This document shows, one piece after another, positions 30,877-41,322 of a DNA stretch of 64,000 nt. The DNA is from Candidatus Hydrogenedentota bacterium. GTDB taxonomy: Bacteria > Hydrogenedentota > Hydrogenedentia > Hydrogenedentales > JAEUWI01. Where the stretch lies: positions 1 to 64,000 of the forward strand of contig JAXMOL010000015.1 in the NCBI GenBank assembly GCA_034669905.1, written 5' to 3'. The notes beneath the pieces were generated by a model. That model worked only from the letters and a program-made list of their open reading frames with translations. It did no database searches and was not told the DNA's origin. The translations under genes and the position numbers were made by a program. Within the stretch, counting starts at the first letter, position 1, and every line of letters starts with the position of its first letter.

Positions 30877-31128
30877 ACAACAATAAAGCGGTCGCCCATG
30901 GAAATCAGGGATGGGCACGGCCCGACGCCATTCGGGGCCACAGCTGGGTTCTCTCCCGACATTTAGAACAGGTGTATTTTGATCAACTTGCTGGTATACT
31001 GATGAAAGTGAAAAACAGGCAATCGAGTAACACTGGGTGTTCGGTTGTGTATCCTGAGTAGGGAGTGGACCGCTGGCCATCGGTGCCAAGCGGAACGATC
31101 AAGCAACAGATTAAGAGGAGATGCGACA

Positions 31129-31242
31129 ATGAGTGTGGCCCCCAAACTGGCGTTTAATATCGAAATCATTCTGGATGTCATCCTGCAGCTGGTAGCCGTT
31201 ATCGAAGCCGTGCTCGGCCTCTTCGGCATCCAAAGCCTGTAG
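31129..31242 (+). CDS. 37-aa amphipathic/hydrophobic small protein
   Basis: AAGAGGAG RBS 8 nt before ATG; MSVAPKLAFNIEIILDVILQLVAVIEAVLGLFGIQSL; hairpin downstream. Confidence 0.72.
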   Translation: MSVAPKLAFNIEIILDVILQLVAVIEAVLGLFGIQSL

Positions 31243-31289
31243 GCCCCACCCGTCTGCGGCAGTAACAATCGCCTCAACCTCATAAACGA

Positions 31290-31327
31290 GCCGCCCGGTG
31301 CAACGACAACGTGTTGCACCGGGCGGC
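31290..31327. terminator. 15-bp perfect hairpin between convergent genes
   Basis: GCCGCCCGGTGCAAC/GTTGCACCGGGCGGC; weak U-tail. Confidence 0.6.
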
Positions 31328-31354
31328 GTGAATACCTGCTGAAAAACGGAGGGC

Positions 31355-32302
31355 TCAGCCTTCCTTCGACTCCAACCAACGGGTCGCGTCAATAGCCGCC
31401 ATGCAGCCACTGCCCGCCGCTGTTACCGCCTGGCGATACACGTGGTCCTGCACGTCGCCACAGGCGAAGACCCCTTCGACGTTCGTGTAGGTGCTGTCCG
31501 GCTTGGTTTTCATGTAGCCATTGTCGTGCAGGTCGATAATGCCCTCGAAGACGTCCGTGTTCGGCTTGTGTCCGATGGCGGCAAAATAACCTACACACTC
31601 CACCTCACGGGTTTCGCCCGTGTTGGCATCTTTCAGCCGCACGCCGGTAACGCCATCCTGGTCGTTGCCCAGCACCTCATCCACCACGGTGTTCCATTCG
31701 ATCTGGGTTTTCTCGTGGTTAATTACCCGGTCGCCCATGATCTTGCTCGCACGGAATTTGTCGCGACGGTGCACCACGTGGACCTTGCTGGCAAACTTGG
31801 TGAGGAAGAGGGCTTCTTCCATGGCGGTATCGCCGCCACCCACCACGACCAACGGCTTATTGCGGAACCGGGGCAAAGCGCCATCGCAGGTTGCACACGC
31901 CGACACGCCGCGATTTTCAAACTTCTCTTCGGAAGGCAGACCCAGGTATTTCGCCGTGGCACCCGTGGCGATAATCACCGCCTTCGTTTCCCACATGGTG
32001 TCACCCGAATAGACCTTCAGGGGCTGACTCGAAAAGTCGACCTTGGTGACCGTCTTGTATTCGAAGCGCGTGCCGAAACGTTCGGCCTGCTTTTTGAAAT
32101 CCACCATCATCTGCGGACCATCGATACCATCGGGGTAGCCGGGGTAGTTTTCCACTTCCGTCGTGGTCATCAGCTGGCCGCCGGGAAGGATGTCTTTGCT
32201 CAATTCACCCTCGAGACAAAGCGGGTTCAAATCGGCCCGGGCTGTGTAGAGGGCCGCGGTATAGCCGGCCGGACCGGAACCGATGATAATCACGTTTTCC
32301 AT
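31355..32302 (-). CDS. trxB: thioredoxin-disulfide reductase
   Basis: [43 protein letters not shown]. Confidence 0.98.
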   Translation of the reverse strand: MENVIIIGSGPAGYTAALYTARADLNPLCLEGELSKDILPGGQLMTTTEVENYPGYPDGIDGPQMMVDFKKQAERFGTRFEYKTVTKVDFSSQPLKVYSGDTMWETKAVIIATGATAKYLGLPSEEKFENRGVSACATCDGALPRFRNKPLVVVGGGDTAMEEALFLTKFASKVHVVHRRDKFRASKIMGDRVINHEKTQIEWNTVVDEVLGNDQDGVTGVRLKDANTGETREVECVGYFAAIGHKPNTDVFEGIIDLHDNGYMKTKPDSTYTNVEGVFACGDVQDHVYRQAVTAAGSGCMAAIDATRWLESKEG

Positions 32303-32578
32303 AGCTTCTTAACTCCAATAGGCTCAAAAAAGGAAGGCTTAGCGCCCTATCATAGCAAATTACCCGGTGCGGGACGTAGCCACGTTCCGAGACGACCGCT
32401 CCCCCATCACGCAGGACACCAATTTATACCATATCTAAATAACCAAATTCCATGTGCCCGACGTGCAAAGGAAATCCCGAAGAAAACTTGCACCCCGTCC
32501 CCGCCAAATACTATACTTCTCTCTCTATTCAGCATGTCGCCCATTTCATGTGCGTGACACGCCGGATAGACCTATTAT

Positions 32579-32655
32579 GCCTGGGTAGCTCAGTCGGTTA
32601 GAGCGCTGGATTGTGGATCCAGAGGTCGACGGTTCGACCCCGTCCTCAGGTACCA
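32579..32655 (+). tRNA. tRNA-His (GTG), no encoded G-1, A73
   Basis: GCCTGGG/CTCAGGT acceptor, CTGGA-TTGTGGA-TCCAG anticodon arm, GGTTCGACC T arm, ACCA end. Confidence 0.95.
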
Positions 32656-32664
32656 TTACACATT

Positions 32665-32704
32665 AAGCGGAAACATCGTCCTATGTCGGTGTTTCCGCTT
32701 TTTT
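32665..32704 (+). terminator. intrinsic terminator after tRNA-His
   Basis: AAGCGGAAACATCG/CGGTGTTTCCGCTT + TTTT. Confidence 0.8.
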
Positions 32705-32940
32705 GTGTGACCACCATCGGGGCTCGAAGACGTCCCGATTCGCCTGGAAAAGGCCCGACGCCCCCATCCATTGAGACGTCGCACACTCGGCACGACTTTG
32801 CCCAATGCCCGCCGATAGCACAGGGCCCGTTATTCCACGATTCGTGCTATCCACGGCAGACGTGTATGATAGGGAGACCTTCGAACGCGCGCTCTTACCC
32901 CATGCGGGCATCACTCCCAACCCATCCCGGAAAGGAATTC

Positions 32941-34872
32941 ATGCACGAAAGCAACACACGACGGACGGCCGTCCGACACGATGTGACGCGGTTGAGCGAG
33001 GACGATATTCACTGGCTGAACGAGGGCAGCCACTTCCGTTTATACGACAAACTTGGCGCCCACCCCATGACCGCGTCCGATGGCACGGAGGGGGTCTACT
33101 TCGCCGTTTTTGCGCCCCATGCCCACGCGGTTTCGGTCTTCGGCAGCTTTAACGACTGGAACAAGGACGCATCCATGTTGCGCCTTCGGGATGATTCGGG
33201 CGTCTGGGAAGGCTTCGTGCCAGACACCGGGCGCGGGGCAACCTACAAGTTCCACATCTGGGGCCAACACGACGGCTTCGAAGCCGACAAGGCCGATCCC
33301 TATGGATTCCGCCACGATGGTGCCCCGTCCAACGCCTCCATCGTCTGGCCATTGGATCACGCATGGGACGATGAGGACTGGATGGCAAACCGCCAGACCC
33401 AGGCCACACAGCCAACCCCCGTGTCGATCTATGAGGTCCATCTGGGCTCGTGGATGCGCGACGAGGACAACGCGTTCCTTAACTACCGCGAGATAGCGGA
33501 TCGCCTTGCCGCCTACACGGTCGAGATGGGCTTCACCCATGTGGAAATCATGCCGGTCACTGAGCATCCTTTCTATGCGTCGTGGGGCTATCAATCCACG
33601 GGCTATTTCGCCCCCACCAGTCGATACGGAACACCCCAGGATTTCATGTACTTCGTCGACTGTATGCACCAGCATGGCATCGGCGTGATTCTGGATTGGG
33701 TCCCCGGACACTTTCCCAGCGATGCCCATGGACTCGGCTACTTCGACGGTACCCACCTCTATGAACATCCCGACCCGCGCCGGGGCATCCACCCCGAATG
33801 GCAGAGTTTCGTCTTTGACTACGAGCGGCCGGAGGTGCAGAGCCTCCTCTTCAGCAACGCGTTTTTCTGGGCCGATAAGTACCACGTGGACGGCTTCCGG
33901 GTAGACGCCGTGTCCTCCATGCTCTACTTGAATTACAGCCGGGAAGACGGCGATTGGATTCCCAATCAGTATGGTGGGCAGGAAAACCTGGAGGCCGTGG
34001 CCTTCTTCCGACGCTTCCACGCCGAACTGGCCACACGCTATCCCGATGTCCGCTCTTTCGCGGAAGAGTCCACGGCGTGGCCCATGGTTTCCCGACCGGG
34101 CTATCTGGGGGGACTGGGTTTTGATTATAAGTGGGACATGGGCTGGATGAACGACACCCTGTCCTACTTTAAGCAGGATCCCATTTACCGAAAATTCTAT
34201 CAGCAGAAACTGACTTTTCGGATGATGTATGCTTTCAGCGAAAACTATGTGCTCCCCTTGTCCCATGATGAAGTCGTTCATGGTAAGGGGTCCTTGCTCG
34301 CACGGATGCCGGGCGACTATGGTCAGAAGTTTGCCAACCTGAAAGTCTTGTTGGGTAACCAGTACCTGCAGCCCGGCAAGAAGATGCTCTTTATGGGCAG
34401 CGAGTTGGCCCAGTGGAATGAGTGGAATCACGACACCTCGCTGGATTGGAACCTGCTCGATTACCCGGCCCACGCGGGCGTCCAACAATGGGTAAAAGAC
34501 CTGAACCGACTCTACCGAAGCGAATCGGCGCTCCATGAGCAGGACAGTTCTCCCGACGGTTTCGAATGGATAGATTGCCTGGACAACGACAACAGCGTCA
34601 TCAGCTTCCTCCGCAAGGGGCGTGATGGACGCACCCTGTTCCTGGCGATCTTCAACCACACCCCCTTGCCGCGGCACGACTACTGCGTGGGCGTTCCCCG
34701 GGGCGGGTTCTGGCAAGAGGTGCTCAACAGCGACGCAACATGTTACGGTGGAGCGGGTTCAGGGAACCTGGGCGGCGTGGAGTCGATGGCGGTGCCCAAT
34801 CACCACCACCCGTGCTCCGTGGCACTTACCTTGCCCCCGTTGAGTTGCGTGGTGTTAAAGTCGATTATGTAA
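32941..34872 (+). CDS. glgB: 1,4-alpha-glucan branching enzyme
   Basis: IYEVHLGSW, DWVPGHF, GFRVDAV, AEESTAW, LSHDEVVHGK; start at MHES after AAGGA RBS. Confidence 0.97.
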   Translation: MHESNTRRTAVRHDVTRLSEDDIHWLNEGSHFRLYDKLGAHPMTASDGTEGVYFAVFAPHAHAVSVFGSFNDWNKDASMLRLRDDSGVWEGFVPDTGRGATYKFHIWGQHDGFEADKADPYGFRHDGAPSNASIVWPLDHAWDDEDWMANRQTQATQPTPVSIYEVHLGSWMRDEDNAFLNYREIADRLAAYTVEMGFTHVEIMPVTEHPFYASWGYQSTGYFAPTSRYGTPQDFMYFVDCMHQHGIGVILDWVPGHFPSDAHGLGYFDGTHLYEHPDPRRGIHPEWQSFVFDYERPEVQSLLFSNAFFWADKYHVDGFRVDAVSSMLYLNYSREDGDWIPNQYGGQENLEAVAFFRRFHAELATRYPDVRSFAEESTAWPMVSRPGYLGGLGFDYKWDMGWMNDTLSYFKQDPIYRKFYQQKLTFRMMYAFSENYVLPLSHDEVVHGKGSLLARMPGDYGQKFANLKVLLGNQYLQPGKKMLFMGSELAQWNEWNHDTSLDWNLLDYPAHAGVQQWVKDLNRLYRSESALHEQDSSPDGFEWIDCLDNDNSVISFLRKGRDGRTLFLAIFNHTPLPRHDYCVGVPRGGFWQEVLNSDATCYGGAGSGNLGGVESMAVPNHHHPCSVALTLPPLSCVVLKSIM

Positions 34873-34951
34873 ATCGCCCCACCCCGATTCGTTGAAGTGA
34901 ATTCGACGCCCCGCCACGGGCGTTCAGATTAAATGCCGAGGAGTACGATGT

Positions 34952-36916
34952 ATGGCGGATGGCAAACTCACCGGGCGCCTGTCCATGGAAAAGAAAGTGG
35001 CCGCAACCTTGCGCCGCTTGCTACCCCGTCTGGAGGAGCGTTTCAAGCCCCATGTAGAACCGGACGAATGGCAGGGCTTTGAAGAACGTCTGCGGCGAAA
35101 TTTCCCCCAGCTTTTTGAAGGGCTCCATTTTCTCTATGGCGATGCCTACGATTTCTTTTTCCATGTGGAAAGCATCCTCGTTTCCGCGACCCACCTGTGG
35201 CTCGAGCGCCCCAGCGAATTAAAGGCCCTGGATGCCTTGCGGGAATATGACCCCCAGTGGTACCAGTCCAATCGCATGGTGGGTGCCATGTGCTATGTGG
35301 ACCTTTTTTCGGACGACCTCCAGGGGCTCATCGACCAGATCCCCTATTTGACCGAACTCGGGATCACCTACCTCCATCTCATGCCCCTTTTCGAGTCCCC
35401 CGAAGGGGACAACGATGGGGGTTATGCGGTGAGCAGCTATCGATCGGTAAACCCCGAACTCGGCACGATGGAAGATTTACAACGGCTTGCCACGGAACTG
35501 CGTCACCGGGGCATCTCGCTGGTGCTCGATTTTGTCTTCAACCACACCTCCGATGAGCACGAATGGGCCCAGAAAGCCCTCGCAGGTGACGAAGACTACC
35601 AGCATTACTATCTCATGTTCCCCGATCGGACCATGCCCAATGCCTACGAAGCCAGCATTCGCGCCGTATTCCCCGATGAGATCCCCGGGTGTTTCAGTTA
35701 CCGGACCAGTATCAAAAAGTGGGTCTGGACCTCCTTCTACAACTTCCAGTGGGACCTCAATTACGAGAACCCGGAAGTGTTCGTCGGCATGATGGAGTCC
35801 ATGCTCTTCCTCGCCAATCAGGGCGTGGAAGTCTTGCGTCTTGATGCCATCGCCTTTACCCGCAAGGAATTGGGCACCGGCTGTCAGAACCTGCCGGGAG
35901 CCCATGTTATCGTCCAGGCATTCAATGCGCTGAAAAATATTGCGGCACCGGCCATGGCCTTTAAGTCGGAGGCCATTGTCCATCCCGATGAAGTGCGCAA
36001 ATACATCAGCAAAGAAGAGTGTGAGCTCTCCTACAATCCCCAACTCATGTCCCTCTTGTGGGAGGCCCTGGCCACCCAGGACACCCGCGTGCTGCGCCGC
36101 TCCATGGAACGTGGCTTTGCTATCGACCCCAAGGCCTCGTGGGTGAATTACGTGCGGTGTCACGACGATATCGGGTGGGGCTTCGCCGATGAAGACGTGG
36201 CCGCCGTGGGCTTCGACCCCGTTCAGCACCGCCGCTTCCTCTCCGAATTCTACACCGGGAAATTTGCTGGTTCCTTCGCTTCGGGTGAGCCCTTTCAAGA
36301 GGACAAAGAAACCGGCGAAGCGCGTGTCTCTGGCACCTGTGCTTCTCTGGCCGGTCTTGAAAAAGCCATCGCAGAAAACAACGAAGAGGCCATCGAGTGG
36401 GCAATCCGGCGCATCCTCCTGCTCCATGGCGTGGTGATGACCATTGGCGGCATTCCCCTGATTTACCTGGGCGATGAACTGGGTATGCTCAACAACTACA
36501 CCTACAAGGAGTCCCCCGACAAGATGGGAGACTCCCGCTGGCTCCACCGCATGCGCTTCGATTGGGAGGCCTCCGAGCGACGGGGCGACTTCGAAAGCAT
36601 CGAAGGACGAATCTACGGCGGCTTCTCCCGGCTGGTCCAACTACGCCGACAAAACCTGGCCTTCAGCCGCGCCGAAACGGAATTCGTGGAAAGTGGCAAC
36701 GCCCATGTCTTTGCCTATTTCCGCACCCATGAAAGCCTCAGCGTCCTGGTCATGGCCAACTTCAGCAACAAAGAGCAGGCCATTGAAGCCTGGCGCCTCC
36801 GCCAGTTGGGACTCCGAAAGACCATGGTCGACCTGGTCTCCGGAAAGATGGTGGTAGCCGCTCGGGAATTGGTCCTCGAGCCCTATGACTTTTGCATCTG
36901 GGCGCGACCAACCTGA
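34952..36916 (+). CDS. amylosucrase-like GH13 enzyme
   Basis: DGGYAVS, DFVFNHTS, LRLDAIAF, FKSEAIV, YVRCHDDIGW, RVSGTCASLAG, DSRWLHR. Confidence 0.88.
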   Translation: MADGKLTGRLSMEKKVAATLRRLLPRLEERFKPHVEPDEWQGFEERLRRNFPQLFEGLHFLYGDAYDFFFHVESILVSATHLWLERPSELKALDALREYDPQWYQSNRMVGAMCYVDLFSDDLQGLIDQIPYLTELGITYLHLMPLFESPEGDNDGGYAVSSYRSVNPELGTMEDLQRLATELRHRGISLVLDFVFNHTSDEHEWAQKALAGDEDYQHYYLMFPDRTMPNAYEASIRAVFPDEIPGCFSYRTSIKKWVWTSFYNFQWDLNYENPEVFVGMMESMLFLANQGVEVLRLDAIAFTRKELGTGCQNLPGAHVIVQAFNALKNIAAPAMAFKSEAIVHPDEVRKYISKEECELSYNPQLMSLLWEALATQDTRVLRRSMERGFAIDPKASWVNYVRCHDDIGWGFADEDVAAVGFDPVQHRRFLSEFYTGKFAGSFASGEPFQEDKETGEARVSGTCASLAGLEKAIAENNEEAIEWAIRRILLLHGVVMTIGGIPLIYLGDELGMLNNYTYKESPDKMGDSRWLHRMRFDWEASERRGDFESIEGRIYGGFSRLVQLRRQNLAFSRAETEFVESGNAHVFAYFRTHESLSVLVMANFSNKEQAIEAWRLRQLGLRKTMVDLVSGKMVVAARELVLEPYDFCIWARPT

Positions 36917-36991
36917 TATAACGCGAGTGGTTTGATTCAAGATGATGAGTCATCGTTACGGCCACCTGAATTTCCTAAGTTATTGAGGATT

Positions 36992-37074
36992 ACTCCCCTC
37001 CTTGGAGGGGCCGGGGGTGGGTCAATGCCCGAAAGAAGGCCCAACCCACCCCTAATCCCTCCCAGGAGGGGAAT
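36992..37074. repeat. REP-like palindromic element, copy 2
   Basis: ACTCCCCTCCTTGGAGGGG...CCCTCCCAGGAGGGGAAT, matching 9783-9861. Confidence 0.8.
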
Positions 37075-37167
37075 TCATTTCCAATTTTCCCACAGGCTCA
37101 AGCGAACTTAATCGTTCACAATGCTACTTCACACAACGAGAATAGCGGAGCTGGGACGAAGGGCACT

Positions 37168-39558
37168 ATGAACGCTTGCAGCGCATGGTTAGGAAACCGC
37201 CTCGACACCATTCAGAAAAACCACCAGGTCGGCATGTCCCTGGCACTGACGCTGCTGATCGTGACCAGCGTGTTCGCTTCCGGGACGGAAGGACAACCAC
37301 GGCGGAACCCATCCGTACCGTCGATTGGTGCAAAAAACCTGATTCCGAACAGCAGCTTTGAGCTCGGTACGGACCACTGGTCATCGCTGGGAACGCCGAC
37401 GGTCAGTGGCGGTGACCTCTGTGGCCTGGTTGGCACCCTCGAAGCAGGCAACGCCTACGACGGCGATCACTGTCTCCGAATCGATTTGGGCCCGGGCAAG
37501 ACGCCCGTGACCCACTCGGATTACACGTTGGGCGCTTCCACCACGACGATACAAGCTGCGCCGCGGGCCGCAACCCTCGGTTGGATGGACGTATCCCCCG
37601 GCACAAGCTACACCCTGTCGGCCTGGATGCGCGCCAATCGGGACGATGTGCCCGCCGATCTCGTGTTTCGATTCGGTGGCGAGATCAACAGTCGCTTCGG
37701 AAGTAACACCCACACCGAGCGCGTAACCCTGACCACGAAATGGGCCCGTTATTCCTTTTCCATGAAGGCTGAACACCCCGACGTATACGTAGCCGTTGGG
37801 CCCAACCTCCTCAACACGCCCGACGCATCGGCAACGGTATGGATCGACGCCGTTCAACTGGAAGTAACGCCCGGCTCACCCGATGACGACGAGGTTGTAG
37901 CGACCGACTATGCCCCCCGCGAAGCGGTGGAAATCGGCATAAATAGCGGACACTATGGAAATCTCTTCGACCGCCAGGACCCCACAGGCTTCACCGTCGT
38001 GGGCCTCAACAATACGGCCAACCCTGCCCGCGTCGAATTGCGCGTCGAACTGGAAGACTACTTCGGCGAGCGGGGTGCCATGACGGCCCATGTGTTGGAC
38101 CTGCCTGCGAGGCAGCGCGCCACCACCTTCCTCCCCCTGACGGTGCCGGGCACCGGCTACTATCGCGCCCATCTTTCGTGGTCGGCCAACAGTGTGCTGC
38201 ACACGCGCACGATCAAATTCGCGATAATCGATACCTACCCGTGGGAAGACAGCATCTTTGGCCTCAACCACGCCCCCACCACGAAGGAAGCCTGCGCCCA
38301 ATTGCGCAAAGGCGGAACCCTCTGGGCGCGCGATTGGTCGGCGAAATGGGAATCGGTCGAAGCGACGGAAGGTGCCTATGACTATACGGAACTGGACCGT
38401 CAGGTGGACCGTATCGCCGCCAACGGCATGCTCCCCCAATTCCTCCTACCGCCCCAGCCATCCGCGGCCTGGGCTTCGGAAGCACCCGAAGGGGACCTTC
38501 GCCCCGTGGAGCGCACCGGCTATGCGCCGAAGCCCGCGCACCGCGAACAACTCCACCAGTTTATCGCGGCGACGGTGACCCGCTACCAGGATCGCGTTAC
38601 CTATTGGGAGTTTCTCAACGAGCCCCTCTGGGTGCCGTGGTACTGCCTCCCCGGAAGCGGCGGCTACACGGTGGATACCTATATCGATTTGCTGAAGGGG
38701 GCTTCGGCCGCCATGAAGGCCGCCGACCCCGATTGCAAAGTGCTCGGCGGACTTTCCATCATGGCCCAGAGCGAATTGGGTGATGAGTTTATCGAGAAAG
38801 GCGGGCTGGCCTATGTGGACATCTACAACCTCCACCCCTATCCAGAAGGGACCGGACCCGAATCCTTTATCCCTTCCATGGAACGCATCCAGGCCACGAT
38901 GGCGGCCCACGGCGGCCCGAAACCTATCTGGGCGACGGAATTGAGCTACTGGGCGACCGATGACAAACCCTGGTCTCCCTGGACGCCACCCAACACGTCC
39001 CATTGGTCCGCGAATCGCCAACAGGCGAGTGAACGGGAAGCCGCGGACTTCAATATCCGCCAGTCCGTCATCCTGTTGGCCCATGGCGTAGAGAAAATCT
39101 TCTGGCACTCCGGTCTTGAGGGGGAAGTCAACGTAGGCAGTATGGATCTGGAAAATCCCCTGCTCGATCCCGAGGCCGTGCCTCAGAAGTTCTTCGCAGC
39201 CCAGGCAGCCCTGGTCAACTTGCTCGGCCCGGCACCGACTTTCGTCGCGCCACTCCAGAAGCCCGATGCCGTGGAGAATCATAAGACAGACAAGGTCCAC
39301 GGCTATGCCTTCGAGGGCCCCAAGGGCGCCGTCCTGATTGCCTGGTCACCCGGCGTCCTCAACACGGGCAAACCGGGTGCGGGTGGCGTGATCCACCTCG
39401 GCGAATCGCCTGTCTACTTCACGTCCACTATCCTGACGGCGAAAGCCCTTGCAAGCGCCGGAACCCTGGCCTACAGCAACGCCTTCAACGGCTGGACTAT
39501 CACCATGCCCGAGGATGTGGACGCCTTCACCCTGGTAGGGACACCGTTGGGACGATGA
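37168..39558 (+). CDS. secreted clan GH-A glycoside hydrolase (GH39-like) with N-terminal CBM4/9-like domain
   Basis: NLIPNSSFE...WIDAVQLE CBM; EFLNEP acid/base, NLHPY, IWATEL nucleophile; start may be 37234. Confidence 0.78.
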   Translation: MNACSAWLGNRLDTIQKNHQVGMSLALTLLIVTSVFASGTEGQPRRNPSVPSIGAKNLIPNSSFELGTDHWSSLGTPTVSGGDLCGLVGTLEAGNAYDGDHCLRIDLGPGKTPVTHSDYTLGASTTTIQAAPRAATLGWMDVSPGTSYTLSAWMRANRDDVPADLVFRFGGEINSRFGSNTHTERVTLTTKWARYSFSMKAEHPDVYVAVGPNLLNTPDASATVWIDAVQLEVTPGSPDDDEVVATDYAPREAVEIGINSGHYGNLFDRQDPTGFTVVGLNNTANPARVELRVELEDYFGERGAMTAHVLDLPARQRATTFLPLTVPGTGYYRAHLSWSANSVLHTRTIKFAIIDTYPWEDSIFGLNHAPTTKEACAQLRKGGTLWARDWSAKWESVEATEGAYDYTELDRQVDRIAANGMLPQFLLPPQPSAAWASEAPEGDLRPVERTGYAPKPAHREQLHQFIAATVTRYQDRVTYWEFLNEPLWVPWYCLPGSGGYTVDTYIDLLKGASAAMKAADPDCKVLGGLSIMAQSELGDEFIEKGGLAYVDIYNLHPYPEGTGPESFIPSMERIQATMAAHGGPKPIWATELSYWATDDKPWSPWTPPNTSHWSANRQQASEREAADFNIRQSVILLAHGVEKIFWHSGLEGEVNVGSMDLENPLLDPEAVPQKFFAAQAALVNLLGPAPTFVAPLQKPDAVENHKTDKVHGYAFEGPKGAVLIAWSPGVLNTGKPGAGGVIHLGESPVYFTSTILTAKALASAGTLAYSNAFNGWTITMPEDVDAFTLVGTPLGR

Positions 39559-39663
39559 CGGGCCCCACCGGGTCACCATTGAAAAGTGAAGAGAAATCCC
39601 GTCACACTGTGGGGGTATTTGTAGTTACCTTTTCAAGGCGAGCCTTAACGCCGCCGAACCCCG

Positions 39664-41322
39664 ATGGATTCTCCCGTGTATTTTCATCCCCGTTTCTCCG
39701 CGACACCTTCCCGCCCGCTCCAGGGCACCCTTTCGGCAATTGCGCTCCTGCTCCTCCTTCCCCTGTGTGCAACGGCTGACACCAAGTACCCCCAGGCCAA
39801 CCCGGCCCTGGCGGACTTCCGCATCCTGCCCTATTTACAGGCGCCTTCCAGCACGGGAATGCACATCAACTGGTTCACCACCGCCGCCGAGTCGGGCACG
39901 CTGGTGGTCAAAGACGGCGCCTCGGGCACCACGGTGCGCACCCTGCGGAGCACACCGGAAGATCTCTCGGAGGCCCGTTATTCGGCGTTGGAAGAATCGG
40001 AACGCAGTGACTTCCCCGACATGTTCGACAATGCCAGTGTGAAGCACGCCATCCAGGTGAAAGGCCTCACGGCCGATACCGCCTATGCCTATGAAGTCAC
40101 CCAGGGAAACAGTACCTTTCGCGGCACCTTCAAGACGGCCCCCTTGCCCGACACGCGGCGTCCTTTACGGCTCATCGCCTTTGCCGATTCTGAGACCGAC
40201 CCCGACGGGCGACACACCTACCGCAACTGGGAGCCGGCCAAACAACACACGGACAGCACGGGCCGTCCGCAAGAAATCACCAAGTATCTGGTAACCGAAA
40301 CCCGGGGCTTCATTGAAAACATCAGGGTTATCGAATCACGCAAACCGGACCTGGTGCTCATGGCGGGCGACCTCGTCCAGGGCGGCGGCTACCAACGGGC
40401 GTGGGATGAATTTTTCTTCCACCTCGCGGGCAAATTTGACGACCTCATGACCCACACGCCCCTCCTCATGGCCCTGGGCAATTGGGAAACCTTTGGCGCG
40501 CGGAACGGCGAGTATGCCCCTGAAGCCATCCACAAGAGCCGTCGCAAATCCCTCGCCTACATCGATGGGCCGCCCAACAACAACCCGAACTATAAAGATG
40601 CCTACTATCGCGTGGACTACGGCCCCGTCACCGTCCTGACCCTGGATTCCTGTAATGGCCTGCCCGACGATACGGACTTTGACACCAACATCAACATCGA
40701 CGCGGCCACCTACCCGGGCGACGATATGCCCGACATGAACCAGGGATCCGATCAGTGGAACTGGTGCATGGCCCAACTGGAAGACGCCCGGGAACGGGGC
40801 CAGATCATCTTTGTCCAGTTTCACCACGTGCCCTACTCCAGCGGCGGACATATCCTGCCCGTCTCCATGGAAAACAGCAGTGGTCAGGCCGGCCTCCCCA
40901 TGCGGATCTATACCCCGGCCTTCCAACGCTACGGCGTGGTGGCTGTGCTCTGCGGACACAACGAAACCTTCGAGCGCTCGCTGGTGGGCGACGTGATATT
41001 TTATGATGCCGGGGTCGCCGGCGACGGACTTGGGGCACCGGAGAGTGAAAAAGATCCCCGTTGCGCCAACCCCTGGCAGGCCTGGATTGCCCACGACGAT
41101 GACCCGGAATTGTGGAACGGCAAGCAGCTTGTAGACGGCGGACGCCACTATGGCCACGTGGAAATCGACATCACCCCCGACGACACGGGCTGGAACGTAT
41201 CCCTGACGCCTGTGTATATCTTTCCCGTCAATGATGAGGAAGGCAACGTAACCGGCTTTGAGCGACGGGTCTACGATGATGTGGTGACCCTCCATACGAA
41301 CCGCGAAGGGCGTAAGAAGTAG
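39664..41322 (+). CDS. purple acid phosphatase-like metallophosphoesterase
   Basis: PYLQ...Fn3-like N-terminus, FADSE, AGDLV, GNWE, HHVPY, GHNE. Confidence 0.85.
   Translation: MDSPVYFHPRFSATPSRPLQGTLSAIALLLLLPLCATADTKYPQANPALADFRILPYLQAPSSTGMHINWFTTAAESGTLVVKDGASGTTVRTLRSTPEDLSEARYSALEESERSDFPDMFDNASVKHAIQVKGLTADTAYAYEVTQGNSTFRGTFKTAPLPDTRRPLRLIAFADSETDPDGRHTYRNWEPAKQHTDSTGRPQEITKYLVTETRGFIENIRVIESRKPDLVLMAGDLVQGGGYQRAWDEFFFHLAGKFDDLMTHTPLLMALGNWETFGARNGEYAPEAIHKSRRKSLAYIDGPPNNNPNYKDAYYRVDYGPVTVLTLDSCNGLPDDTDFDTNINIDAATYPGDDMPDMNQGSDQWNWCMAQLEDARERGQIIFVQFHHVPYSSGGHILPVSMENSSGQAGLPMRIYTPAFQRYGVVAVLCGHNETFERSLVGDVIFYDAGVAGDGLGAPESEKDPRCANPWQAWIAHDDDPELWNGKQLVDGGRHYGHVEIDITPDDTGWNVSLTPVYIFPVNDEEGNVTGFERRVYDDVVTLHTNREGRKK

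Noticed and set aside
30112..31061. Short ORFs containing FIRVHSW
   Set aside because: Translations of the palindromic repeat; no RBS or coding signal
32789..32803. sigma54-like GGCACGACTTTGC upstream of glgB
   Set aside because: GG-to-GC spacing is 9 nt, not the required 10
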